64,000 nt of DNA from Macrostomum lignano. Lineage: Eukaryota. The stretch lies in contig NIVC01002132.1 in the NCBI GenBank assembly GCA_002269645.1, forward strand, positions 137,749 through 201,748, read 5' to 3'. Of this stretch, positions 12,517 to 22,857 are shown piece by piece. The notes under the pieces were generated by a model. The model was given only the letters and a program-made list of their open reading frames with translations, was not told the origin of the DNA and did no database searches. The first letter of the stretch is position 1. Each line of letters starts with the position of its first letter. The translations under genes were made by a program, and so were the position numbers.

Positions 12517-15500
12517 CACAGACCAATAAGTATAACTAGACTGCGCGTGTGGGGCAAGAAATGTGTGCCTCTTTCCAAGTAGGAAAAATGGCACCCCAGC
12601 TCCCACCCCCTCACGATCGATATTTTTGGCTTCCTTTCCCTTCCAACCCCTCTGTCATTGGGCCCGCTGTATTAATTGTTGCCTTTTGCCATGGAACACG
12701 GATTGCTAACCATTTAACCAACTTTATTGCAACTAGCAATTTAACAGTTTAAATCCAGTATTATTTTTCGATTTATTAAAAACTAAAAAACCGTACAAAA
12801 ACGCTTGCAGACAAAATGAGACCTTTTTGTTGTTGCTGATAGCATAGAAGCAGTAATAAAAGTATATAAATAGCTCACCTGGTTTCGAATATACTATAGA
12901 TTAAGAAATATCGCTGCTCGAAGTAGTCTCTGCCTCCTTCCTGGTCTTCTTCCTGCGCGAGAAAGTTCTTTAGCTAGTTTTTTCATTCTGATCTTTATGA
13001 AGAGCCCGGCCATGACTCGAATTAAATGGAGCTTGTGCGACTCAATGCCGCTGCTTGCGGATGCCGAATGCGAGTCAAGCTCAGGGAATAGATTGCTCGA
13101 CATGCGCAAAGTCTCGTGAACTGCTACGTCACTGGAGAATTGGCTGTTATAGCTGGCACGTCGAATAACAGACTCAGCACTGAGCAGCACACGGAAGACA
13201 TCGCTGCTGGGAAAAATCAAGCCGCCAGTTCCTTCCTTGTTCAAAACATTCTTCAAGGCAACAAGTGAGCAAGGGGCACGAAAAGCTGGTGGCGTCTCGG
13301 AGCTGGCAGTCAGAGCTGACCTGCACGTAGCACATTCGACAACTTTCAACATGCTTCGCACAACTGCTCCGGCAATATAGTACACAATAGACTGGCAAAT
13401 CTCACAATTAGATGCATTCATGCAGTGCTGGATGGATTCAAGACTCAGTCCCATATCATTCTGAACTTTCATCTTCCACTGCTTCTGTGCTGATTCAGCT
13501 GATGATGGTAGGCATGACAAGGACAGTTGAATGGTGGCATCCTGCTGCTTCACATTCGGGCTGACAGACTGGAGAATCCCACCTCCGGCATGCACCAGCA
13601 GCTGCCTAAATGCCGAGCGAAACTGCTTTGGTGTCGGGTTGTGGTTCCAGCCATTTCGAAGCCTGACTGCATTAAAGAATAGTTCTAGAAAGTCCTGAGA
13701 CAGCTTGTAAGTGCAAAGAAAGAAGAATTCGCCAGTTGAAAATAAATACTTGGCAAGCGCAATAACGGCATGGCAATTGGTGATGAAGCCTAAAAATCCT
13801 GTCTTCTTTGCAGTGTCAACGATTTTGCATCTAGCTGGAGTTTCTAAGCTCTTGAGAAGCTGGATCGAGTCAGTGAAGAAGTCAATCCAGTCAGACTGGT
13901 TGTCAGCTCTTAGAGCCATTTTAGCCCCATAATTTACCAGTCGCTTCGAGTTGAACGCATCGAACAGATCATTGATGTGCTCAATAAAATCTGCTGTCAC
14001 TAATACATCGGAATGATCAAATCCGGCCAAGCCTTGCTTGTGCACCCATCGTAATGAGTCAGCCACCGACTTACTAAAAAGTTGTGAGGCCAAATAAACT
14101 TTCATCTTTAAATTAGCAAAGTTAATGTGATGCCTGCTCAGCTTATTGCCCAGTCTGAGTCCATGGCTCTCCTGTACTTGCTGCAACATGCACACATATT
14201 TCCAATCAATATTTCCTCTGTCCGGCCAAACAAATGTTCCCAGGGACTGCCACTGGTTTCGAATCAGCTTCAAATGTGCGGCACATCCAAGAAGGCTGAA
14301 ACCTGAATGCCGGGATCGCAGGGGTGTGGGAAAGAGGCAACTATCTCATTGGGAGAGCTTATTCTGGCACCAAGAAGCTCGATCGCTCGAATATTGTGCT
14401 GAGTCCCATCGCATGTAAATGATGAGGCAATAACGCCAACCTGGTAGAGCCGCTGGATTGATTCCTCTACGACACTTGAAAGAAATTCGCCATCAACTCC
14501 GCTCACTAGAAAATATCCTAAAGGTAGCTTCCAATAGCTCTTGAGACCCACTGCCATCACTACCAATGCTGAAGTTGCCTCCTGATCAGTTGACTTGCCA
14601 TCGCCTTTGTCAACATAGCCAAAGAAACTGCCTTCATTTGAATTCCACTCAACCATCGCTTCCAGTGACATTTCATCAGCTACAACGTTGCAGTAGTCGA
14701 AGGATCGGTCATCATTGGAGCTGCGTCGCCGAGAAAGTTCCTGAAAGGCTTGGTCACAAAATCCTGGAAGGCATTTCGCATTCGAGAGCCATCTTCTAAG
14801 CGAAGCTGGATGCGGAAGCTGAAAGTACTGTCTCACATACGCATAGGCCTTCGGGCTGTAAAAGTGCAATGTGGAGGCGAATTTCCGCACTTCGTGGGAG
14901 AATATTCTTGTCCTCTTGGTAATCTTGCTTGGCAAAATGCTGCTAAGCAGTGAATCGGAGGTCAAGAAATTCAGCCGAGATGCAGCAGCTTCATTCAAAA
15001 TACATTTGGCCCTTAACTCTCGAATCACATCTTTCAGGGTCTTGGCTCTTTGTTTAATTTGCCTATGCTTTGAGCGCAGTGATCGAATTTTGCGGTACTT
15101 GCTCTGGAGCGACCGCCTTAAGATTTCAACAGCCTTTGCACTTTTCTTGAACCGGCTATGAGTAGATAGAAGCCTTCTGTATCTGCGCCGAAGATTTTTA
15201 AGTGCTCTCACCTTCTTGTCGAATTCTTCTCTGGGCACGCAGTTAACATGGATGTCCGGTCCAGGATCTTCATCTTCCTTGGCAGCCACTGGAGCTTCCG
15301 GCTCGCTGCTCTCTGTTGATTTACAAAATGCAGCGAAATCAACTTCGCGAGCTGCGGCCGCGGTGGCAGTCTTCCGTTTCTTCTCAGCTTTCGGCTGCAG
15401 ATGGTCAGGGAACGCCGGGAAGATGGAAGGAACGGCATTTGGATATAGCCGTCTTTTGACGCTAGGCAGAAAGCCTGCAAATTGCTCTTTGAAGCAAGAT

Positions 15501-16008
15501 TCCTCAAAATGCATTGAGCAGACTTGCGTGGATGGCGATGGCTCAAAATCTTTTCTTTTCAGCGCTATCAGCCACTTTTTCCTTATTTCCTTGTCCTTTG
15601 GAAAAGTATGAAAGGACACTCCCGCCAAAGACATTGCTGAGTTGTTCGAGCAGCCAGCAGCGCAGCAAAAGCTGCCGTAATTTCCTTTTCTTTTCCTCGG
15701 CAATTTAGAAGATTCAGGTTGTTCTTCCATTTCGTTTTGAGAAATTATTAATTTTTTAATAACTTTGCTTAGCTGTTTAAGGTTAGTATAGCATTGCTAT
15801 TGTGGTCCCCAAGCCGCATTAATATACATGTTAATTTAAAAAAGGCCAGTGCAGACAGCTGAAGAAGGGCCAGTCTTCCCCAAGCCAAAAATATCGATCG
15901 TTTTGGGCTGGGGTAGAGAGGACCATTTTTTGCTTTGTCATTTTGTCAAAAAACGAGCCCACGCAAGCAATGCTGGATGCGCAGTCTAGTTATACTTATT
16001 GGTCTGTG
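12517..16008 (-). mobile_element. P-superfamily (THAP9-like) DNA transposon, 3492 bp, 30-bp TIRs, 8-bp TSD CCCCCAAC
   Basis: CACAGACCAATAAGTATAACTAGACTGCGC (12517-12546) is inverted at 15979-16008. TSD at 12509-12516 and 16009-16016. 19-bp subterminal inverted repeats at 12614-12632 and 15882-15900. Confidence 0.95.
12894..15730 (-). CDS. THAP-domain P-element transposase (~945 aa if the single 1-nt frameshift near 14272 is repaired)
   Basis: C2CH THAP (CCAAGC...CSMHF...AVPSIF), DEM, CDG and QDFLE motifs. DVPHI/LKLIRN is split by one missing T in a T run. Confidence 0.92.
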
Positions 16009-17441
16009 CCCCCAACCCCGCACCACAGGATTGAGGGAGATCGGCCGCAACGCAGTGCTACAGCCACCGCAACTAACTGCGACGGCTCTTCTACACTGCT
16101 GCTGCTGCTGCTGCTGCTGCTACCGTTGCCGCTATTCATTGTGTGTGTGTGTGTGTGTGGTTGATCGTAAATTTGAAAAGATTTTCAGCCGCGCAGGGGT
16201 CTCGTTTTTATAGTGATTTTACGAAGTCTCTCATTGGCTCCGCCAGTCCGCAAGCAAGCAAGCAAGCAAGCAAGTCTGCCCAAACCTCAGCCCAGCCAGC
16301 GAGTTAGTCAGTCTGACTCAACAGCGAGCTATACCTGTTTTAACAATAAAATTTCAGATTCTCAAAAATTTCAGAGTCTAGGTTATTTCAATTTCAAAAA
16401 ACAAATGAAATAAGACCATTTTAATTCCAGAGATGGTATTTGTCAATTCCAGTTTATTCAAAAGATGGTTTTCACATTATTAGAGTTGATATAATCGCAG
16501 AAACACAAATTCCCACAAGTAAAAATTATACAATTGAGAGTTAATCAGCATCAACATCAAAGGCCCTGCCTAAATTTAAAGCAAAAGGCTACGAATATGA
16601 AGTAGCCTTCACAGCGGATATTGTCGATGTCGAGACACATTTGCGAAAATAATAACAACCCTCTGCGCTGACCTGCACGCTAACGATTTCATCTCAGCCA
16701 AACTAACGGCCAACAAAATGTTGCTCACTATTAACGTGCCGCCCGCTTCACTGCAGAGCTTGTTTTCAAGCACATAAACAAGGTTCTACAGTAGAGTTAT
16801 TATTATACAAACCATATATCCCCACAAAAGCAATGATTATACAGCCCACACATTACGAATATGAATATTCCCACACAAAAAGCAATGATTATACAGCCCA
16901 CACAAAAAGAGTCTTTTTAGCAATTGTCTTAATCATTTCACTCGACACGCATTGTAGGCAGCTGCTGCAGTTTGGCCTTGTCGCTGCTGTAGATTAGCTT
17001 AATTCGCTTGTTCTGCTCCTTGATCACAGCAGCCCAGGCAGCAAAGGCCGGCTCGTGAGGCCCAATCTGATGGGTCGGGGTCTTGAAAAGCTGTTCATCA
17101 GTCAGGCCAGCGGCAGCAGCAGCTCGTCGAGCTCAGTCGAGTCCGGGGGATACGAGTGCCACCACTTGTAGCTGCTGCCGCTGCCGCTGCCGCCGTCAGT
17201 CGTAGAAAGCTTCTTCACCTGCGGCTGCAGGTGAGTCCGGGGGATACGAGTGCCACCGATTGAACTGCAGCCGAACTGCAGCCGAAATTGAAATAACCTA
17301 GACTCTGAAATTTTTGAGAATCTGAAATTTTATTGTTAAAACAGGTATAGCTCGCTGTTGAGTCAGACTGACTAACTCGCTGGCTGGGCTGAGGTTTGGG
17401 CAGACTTGCTTGCTTGCTTGCTTGCTTGCGGACTGGCGGAG

Positions 17442-17474
17442 CCAATGAGAGACTTCGTAAAATCACTATAAAAA
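17442..17474 (+). promoter_or_regulatory. CCAAT box (17442) and TATA box (TATAAAAA, 17467) upstream of ORF-X; mirrored in the left arm near 16205-16237
   Basis: Canonical spacing, ~70 nt before the ATG at 17540. Confidence 0.55.
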
Positions 17475-17539
17475 CGAGACCCCTGCGCGGCTGAAAATCT
17501 TTTCAAATTTACGATCAACCACACACACACACACACACA

Positions 17540-18436
17540 ATGAATAGCGGCAACGGTAGCAGCAGCAGCAGCAGCAGCAGCAGTGTAGAAGAGCCGTCGC
17601 AGTTAGTTGCGGTGGCTGTAGCACTGCGTTGCGGCCGATCTCCCTCAATCCTGTGGTGCGGGGTTGGGGGCGGTCGAGTAGGCCGGAACCCGCCGCTTCG
17701 ATCTACCGCCCGACCGGTTTTAAGTCTGGCGTGTAAGTCTGACAACAGCAACAACAGTAGTAGCGGCAGCAGCAGCAGCAGCAGCAGTAGCATCAGTGGA
17801 GACACTAGCAGCGTTGACGACTTTCAAGGTTGGTGCGGCGGTAGCTACTGCGGCAATGAATGTTGCCAGCCCGGTAATGACTGTGGGCTGCTGGGAGCCA
17901 GCCCTTGCGAATATGCCGCAGTCGCCACCGCTGCCGCCGCGACTATTGAAGGCAGCAGCAGCAGTCTGAATCAGCAACCGCGGCAACTGAAGAATAAGAA
18001 GACGAGCCGCTGCCGATTGGGCATCAATTTAGCCCCTCGGATGGGGCTGCAGCAGCAGCAGCAGCAGCACAGTACTGACGCTGCTGCTAGTGAAAAGGCT
18101 GCTGTTGGTGCTGCTGACGACGATGGCGAGGCAACCTACCAAGAGTTTTTGCGGCGTTGGTGCCGCGAGCCAGACTTGGACATGGTAAATAATTGCATTT
18201 TATCCGAAAACTTTTCATTTAGCAACTAATTGCTGATTCAAAATTTCAATGCATTATAGCGGAAAACTTTCCCCGCCCATTCCCTTTTCTAGCTAGCCGA
18301 CTATTGTTTTGGCAGCCGCTCTGAGGAGCGTGCGTATTACACGGCGGTGAAGGAGCGGCGGGTGTATGAGGCTGACCTCCATGAGGAGGTCGCTGAAGAG
18401 TTGGACAGATTATTCCCCGGCTCGGGGCTTTGTTAA
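17540..18436 (+). CDS. Unknown ORF-X, predicted two exons (17540-18184, 18293-18436), ~262 aa, Ser/Gln/Ala-rich with a Cys cluster and a charged C-terminus
   Basis: ATG|GTAAAT donor and TCCCTTTTCTAG acceptor give an in-frame phase-0 join: ...REPDLDM-LADYCFGSRSEERAYYTAVKERRVYEADLHEEVAEELDRLFPGSGLC*. No homology recognised. Confidence 0.5.
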
Positions 18437-18777
18437 TATTGTTGACAATTTAATGTTGTGTCTGCACGCATTTTTATTTTCATGCACCTTGTACATATCT
18501 TGTTTTATATCAAGTGTTGTGTCTGCACTCAATCTAAATTTTCATGCACCCATAGTATATATCTCGACTCGCTATAAATGTTGTGTATGCACACTTACGC
18601 TATCCACATGCACATTCTTTTCAAATAAATTGTTTTGCAAAATTTAAATATTGCGTTGAGATTTTTACCATTTTTTCGATTAATGATATTTAGAATGAAA
18701 AAAAACTATAAACCATTCCGTGTGTAAACACTGTGACTGATTATAACCGCAAACTCACCAATTCCAGCTACGTCATC

Positions 18778-19236
18778 ATGGCTGCTTTAAAGGTGTCGCT
18801 GCTGACTGAAGGTGCCCGCCCGCCGGCTCGCCAGACGATCGGTTCTGTTGGCTACGATCTCTTTGCCTCTGAAGATGTGGTTGTCCGGGCAGGGTCGGTT
18901 GCGCAGGTGCCTCTCGGAATTTCGATCCAACCGCCTGATGGGACCTACGCTCGGATTGCCGGCCGGTCTGGGCTGGCGTTGCGCAAGTCTATACAAGTGG
19001 GCGCCGGCGTGATCGACCCTGACTATACTGGAGAATTGACTGTGGTGATATTTAATCATGGCAGTGCGGACTGGTTCATAACTCGGGGCTACCGTATCGC
19101 TCAATTAGTTTTGGAGCGTGTAATGATTGCTCCCGTAGTTGTAAGGGATCTCTATAGAGGGAATGGCGAAGAGGAGGCCGCTGGCAGCCACTCAATTCGC
19201 GGTGCAGGAGGGTTTGGTAGTACAGGCTATAATTAA
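18778..19236 (+). CDS. dut: dUTPase (trimeric type, intronless), right-arm copy, identical protein to the left-arm copy
   Basis: Five conserved dUTPase motifs. ATG at 18778. Confidence 0.96.
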   Translation: MAALKVSLLTEGARPPARQTIGSVGYDLFASEDVVVRAGSVAQVPLGISIQPPDGTYARIAGRSGLALRKSIQVGAGVIDPDYTGELTVVIFNHGSADWFITRGYRIAQLVLERVMIAPVVVRDLYRGNGEEEAAGSHSIRGAGGFGSTGYN

Positions 19237-20109
19237 GTCTCAACTTGCTGTTGTCTCTTACTGTTTTTGCTCTCTTTTTCAATTATTGAAATGAAAAAAA
19301 TATACGCTTTTCCAATGTGAAAACTATATGAATACAGTCTTTTTCAATAGAATCTTGATTTGTAACTCTACTAAAGGTAGTAGTGTAATCAGCTACATGT
19401 AGATTTTGAATAATTGACATATAAATAGGAATATGTATATAACGTGGTTTGTAAAACTTGGGTGTTGACTCATTTGGATGATATTGTACATGTAGTAGGG
19501 TTTCGAGTTGTAATCTTGGGGTGTGCGCGCGCTGGGGATGACACTGTAGATTAATGTGAGTGTACATGTAGAATTGGGGATAGACAATTTGGGATAGGGA
19601 TTAATGTACATGGAATTAATGTACAATTTGAGATAGATAGGGAATAATGTACATGGAATTAATGACATATATGAGCACATGGATTATTACGACTACATAT
19701 TTCCATATCACGCTTAGGATAGCGTTTTTGTATACTACTTACTTCATTTTCAGATAGTAGTATAATTTGCGTTTTTTTGCGTCAAAACATCTGAAAACCC
19801 TGCTCTATCTGCACATTACGTAGTAATGTGTCACGAGTTTGTGTGCAACTACAGGCAGTGCGCTCGCTCATTCTGCAGCAACATGTCAGATTTCCACAGT
19901 GGTCAAACAAGCGGTCAACTTTTCCCAGGTCTCAGCCTCAAGTTATTGCAATCGCCCGCGGTTCTCGTCTCAACTGTTGGGTGATGCAGTTTTGCGTCGC
20001 AAGGCCCTGGCTTGGGCTGGTGAGAAGAGAGTGAAGAGTTATGACTAGAGCTGGATTAAAGCTGCCACTCTCGGTTCTCATGAAGAGGGTGTTTTGAGCT
20101 TACGAACTT

Positions 20110-20352
20110 TCCAGCTTGTGATGCTTCCAGCTTGTGAAGTTTCGAGCTTGTGAAGTTTCGAGCTTGTGAAGTTTCGAGCTTGTGAAGTTTCGAGCTTGTG
20201 AAGCTTCGAGCTTGTGAAGTTTCGAGCTTGTGAAGTTTCGAGCTTGTGAAGTTTCGAGCTTGTGTAGCTTCGAGCTTGTGAAGTTTCGAGCTTGTGAAGT
20301 TTCGAGCTTGTGTAGCTTCGAGCTTGTGAAGTTTCGAGCTTGTGAAGTTTTA
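20110..20352. repeat. 16-bp minisatellite (GTTTCGAGCTTGTGAA)n
   Basis: Tandem periodicity. Confidence 0.93.
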
Positions 20353-21144
20353 AGCTGCGATGCAGTACAAATCGACGATGCTGTAAACCGTTTACGAGCA
20401 AAACCAAGAAATTAATTATCATTGCGTTAAACGATCAAATATTACGTCAGTACAATTTATATAAAAGCAGTAATTGTAACGTACTGCTATATGCCAATAA
20501 TATAATATTGAGCCTGTATGATTAATCAATAGATTTTATTAGTAGCAGTACGTGTAGAAGGCTCTTAAAAATTGCAACCTATTATGTTTAATGACAGCTT
20601 TGCGTCGTTTCCATTCCTTTGTACTGACGTATTTCTTTTGTGTTGAGTCGATAGCTCATCAATGGATGCCTGAGATGATGAACCCAATTGATCTGAAGGC
20701 TGAAGCAATTGCAAATACAGAATGCTGCAATGAAAATCCACTGGATGGAACTGACAATGTAATGTTCGAAGCTCGTATATATGCGATTGATTTTATAGAA
20801 ATGTACTTTTTGCTCTCGATGTGACGACCTGAGCTAGGCCACATGTTGATGTGGAGCCTAGATTATACATTCTTCATTTCATAGTCCATACATGACCTGC
20901 ACCTTTGCATTGTAAAAATGGGACTGTATACTTACATATAATTAATGTCGGTTCCATGGTAACCTGGCTAGATCTTCGTTGTGAGCACCTTTTTGGCGCA
21001 ACGCCTTCGGCGGCATCGTCCCAAAACCGATTTTGCGCCAATTGCGCTGAATTCTGAGCACATACAATTAAACGCGCGGATACTGTACGCACTCATGCAT
21101 ACATAATATTAATAATATTGATTACACCTGCCCCAATGGACAGA

Positions 21145-21400
21145 TTTGCAACCGACAGCTCAGCCGCAGCTATTGCGCGGCGCTTATGAAGGCTGCGTAC
21201 GGCTGTTCAGTCCAAGGGACTGGGGGGTCGCCACACAGCCTCAATTACCCCAGCTAATGCTGGCACCCATTCTGGGTGAACTCAAGCAATGCAGAGTTAA
21301 GTGTCATGCTCAGGGACACAAATTGTTCCAAGTGGGTAGAGAATCGAACCCCCGACCTTTCAGTCGCGAGTCAGACCTCTAACCACTAGGTTACAACCGC
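21145..21400 (-). mobile_element. tRNA-derived CORE-type SINE, family B
   Basis: Minus strand has A/B boxes (TAGTGGTTAG, GGTTCGATTC) followed by a CORE-like TGTGTCCCTGAGCATGACACTTAAC...; homologous to the copies at ~32855 and ~35195. Confidence 0.8.
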
Positions 21401-22320
21401 CTGTACATGTAACACATACTGTACACTGAGCCAGGTGCCATCATGGGGCCCTCATTGTGAATCGCACAAGCCCCTTAAGTCAATTTCTGATTTCTAATTT
21501 AAAATGACGCGCACGGAATCGAACCAGAGGTCGCAACGCGAGTCCTCAGCTATAGTAAAATTTTTATTGAGGTAGACCTTTACAACTAGATACCGCTAAA
21601 ATAGTTGTCATGGTCACAGCACTGGATTGCTAGTATAACGAAGTAGGCAGAAATCGCGCTAGAGTCCAGCTGACTCAGCCTGCTAGTTCTCTGGAATGAC
21701 TGACTGTACTCGGTCAGTTTCGAATACAATAGCGAAGCGTTTAGCCTAGTCAACTCAAGCCTCATCTCTGCTAGCTCATCAAGTGTACTCAAGGTGCTCA
21801 ATAGCATACAAGCTGGCCAGTTCTTTCTAGATCTACTATGCAACTATAGAGGCCAGTGACAAACCAGTTTGGTGGCACCTCCTTCGAGCAAAGGAATTCA
21901 TCTCTGTAGATTATTAACCAAGACTGTGCAGTATTAAGAGAAATAGCTCAGACAGCTGAATGATATTTCAGTATGGGAGCAGAGCTCCAGAGAGAATAAA
22001 CAGGGCGGGCCATCAAGGATAAAATAATATGAGAAAGAGCCGCACTGCCCTTTGCGCACTTGGCCGGTGGTTTTCAGTCGGAATGAGCCAGTACTGGGTT
22101 AAAAAGTGTAGTCAGAGTCGCGAACAGCTGGACATAGAAAAAGAGATTAGCTAGAAGATTAACGCAGAAGACACATCTACGTATAATAGGTTTATAATAG
22201 GTTTATATTTTCCCTCGCAAACGAGGGAAAATTGACCACAAATTTAACAAAAAACAAACGGCTTAACAACATAGGCCTCTCAGTGACAAGAGTGTGTATT
22301 AGAATAATCAGTAATTGAGT

Positions 22321-22857
22321 TCACATGGCCACAAGGATCTCAAACTGCTTGCTAGAGTGCTCAGCGCCGCCCCAGCTGAAGTAGGCGCACTGATGCGGAC
22401 TATAAACTTTACCGGCAGCCGCGTCGCCATTAACAAATCCCTTGCCGATGTAAAGGGGTTCGTTCCTGTCAGTGTGTCCGCCAATGATGGCGTTTGGCGG
22501 CACGTTGAAGCCCTGGCAGGGGGCCCAGGCCCAGCCGCAGCCGAAGCAGGGCATGCCGGAGTCGCACAGCACCTCGTACTGCTGCACAAGGTGCTCCTTG
22601 CCGCCGTAGGGCAGGCAGACGTGGCCGTGGCCCTGCACCAGCTTGGCCGGGATCAGCTCGTTGCCGTGGCGGGCCCGGCTGACGTACACGGGCGAGCCGT
22701 CGCGCTGAGTGCCCACCTGCACCGCCCTGGGCGGGACCTGACCGTTGGAGGCCGGCACCCAGCTCAGGCACACCTGGGCCGGCTTGCCGCTGCCACCGCC
22801 GCCACCGTACGGCGGAGGCTGGGCGCCCGGTTGCGGGTAAGGCTGGTTGCCGTACAT
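22321..22857 (-). CDS. DM9-repeat (DUF3421) protein, putative mannose-binding lectin, 178 aa
   Basis: Two DM9 repeats (WVPASNGQVPPRAVQVG...VYVSRA...GKEHLVQQYEVL; W...VPPNAIIGGH...LYIGK...GGAEH...FEILV). Probable 5'UTR intron (acceptor ~22875, donor ~23112). Confidence 0.9.
   Translation of the reverse strand: MYGNQPYPQPGAQPPPYGGGGGSGKPAQVCLSWVPASNGQVPPRAVQVGTQRDGSPVYVSRARHGNELIPAKLVQGHGHVCLPYGGKEHLVQQYEVLCDSGMPCFGCGWAWAPCQGFNVPPNAIIGGHTDRNEPLYIGKGFVNGDAAAGKVYSPHQCAYFSWGGAEHSSKQFEILVAM

Larger units (their letters stand above)
11743..16139 (-). pseudogene. Left-arm copy of the unknown spliced ORF-X, interrupted by the P element
   Basis: Mirror image of 17540-18436. The P element sits at about codon 43. 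Confidence 0.55.
10356..19824. mobile_element. Giant-inverted-repeat element (putative non-autonomous Polinton/Maverick- or virus-like): ~2.54-kb inverted arms (10356-~16396 including the P insertion; ~17283-19824), ~0.9-kb spacer, 6-bp TSD AATGTG
   Basis: Arms are near-perfect reverse complements (identical dUTPase and ORF translations; a few 1-nt indels). AATGTG occurs at 10350-10355 and 19825-19830. Termini read ACTACG...CGTAGT. Confidence 0.85.

Noticed and set aside
10356-19824. Inverted duplication as a pure sequencing or assembly fold-back artefact
   Set aside because: A unique spacer, a P insertion with its own TSD in only one arm, and a 6-bp TSD outside both ends are not expected from a read chimera. 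Read support should still be checked.
19839-20048. 69-aa ORF just right of the giant element
   Set aside because: Short, with no recognisable motif and no convincing splice context.
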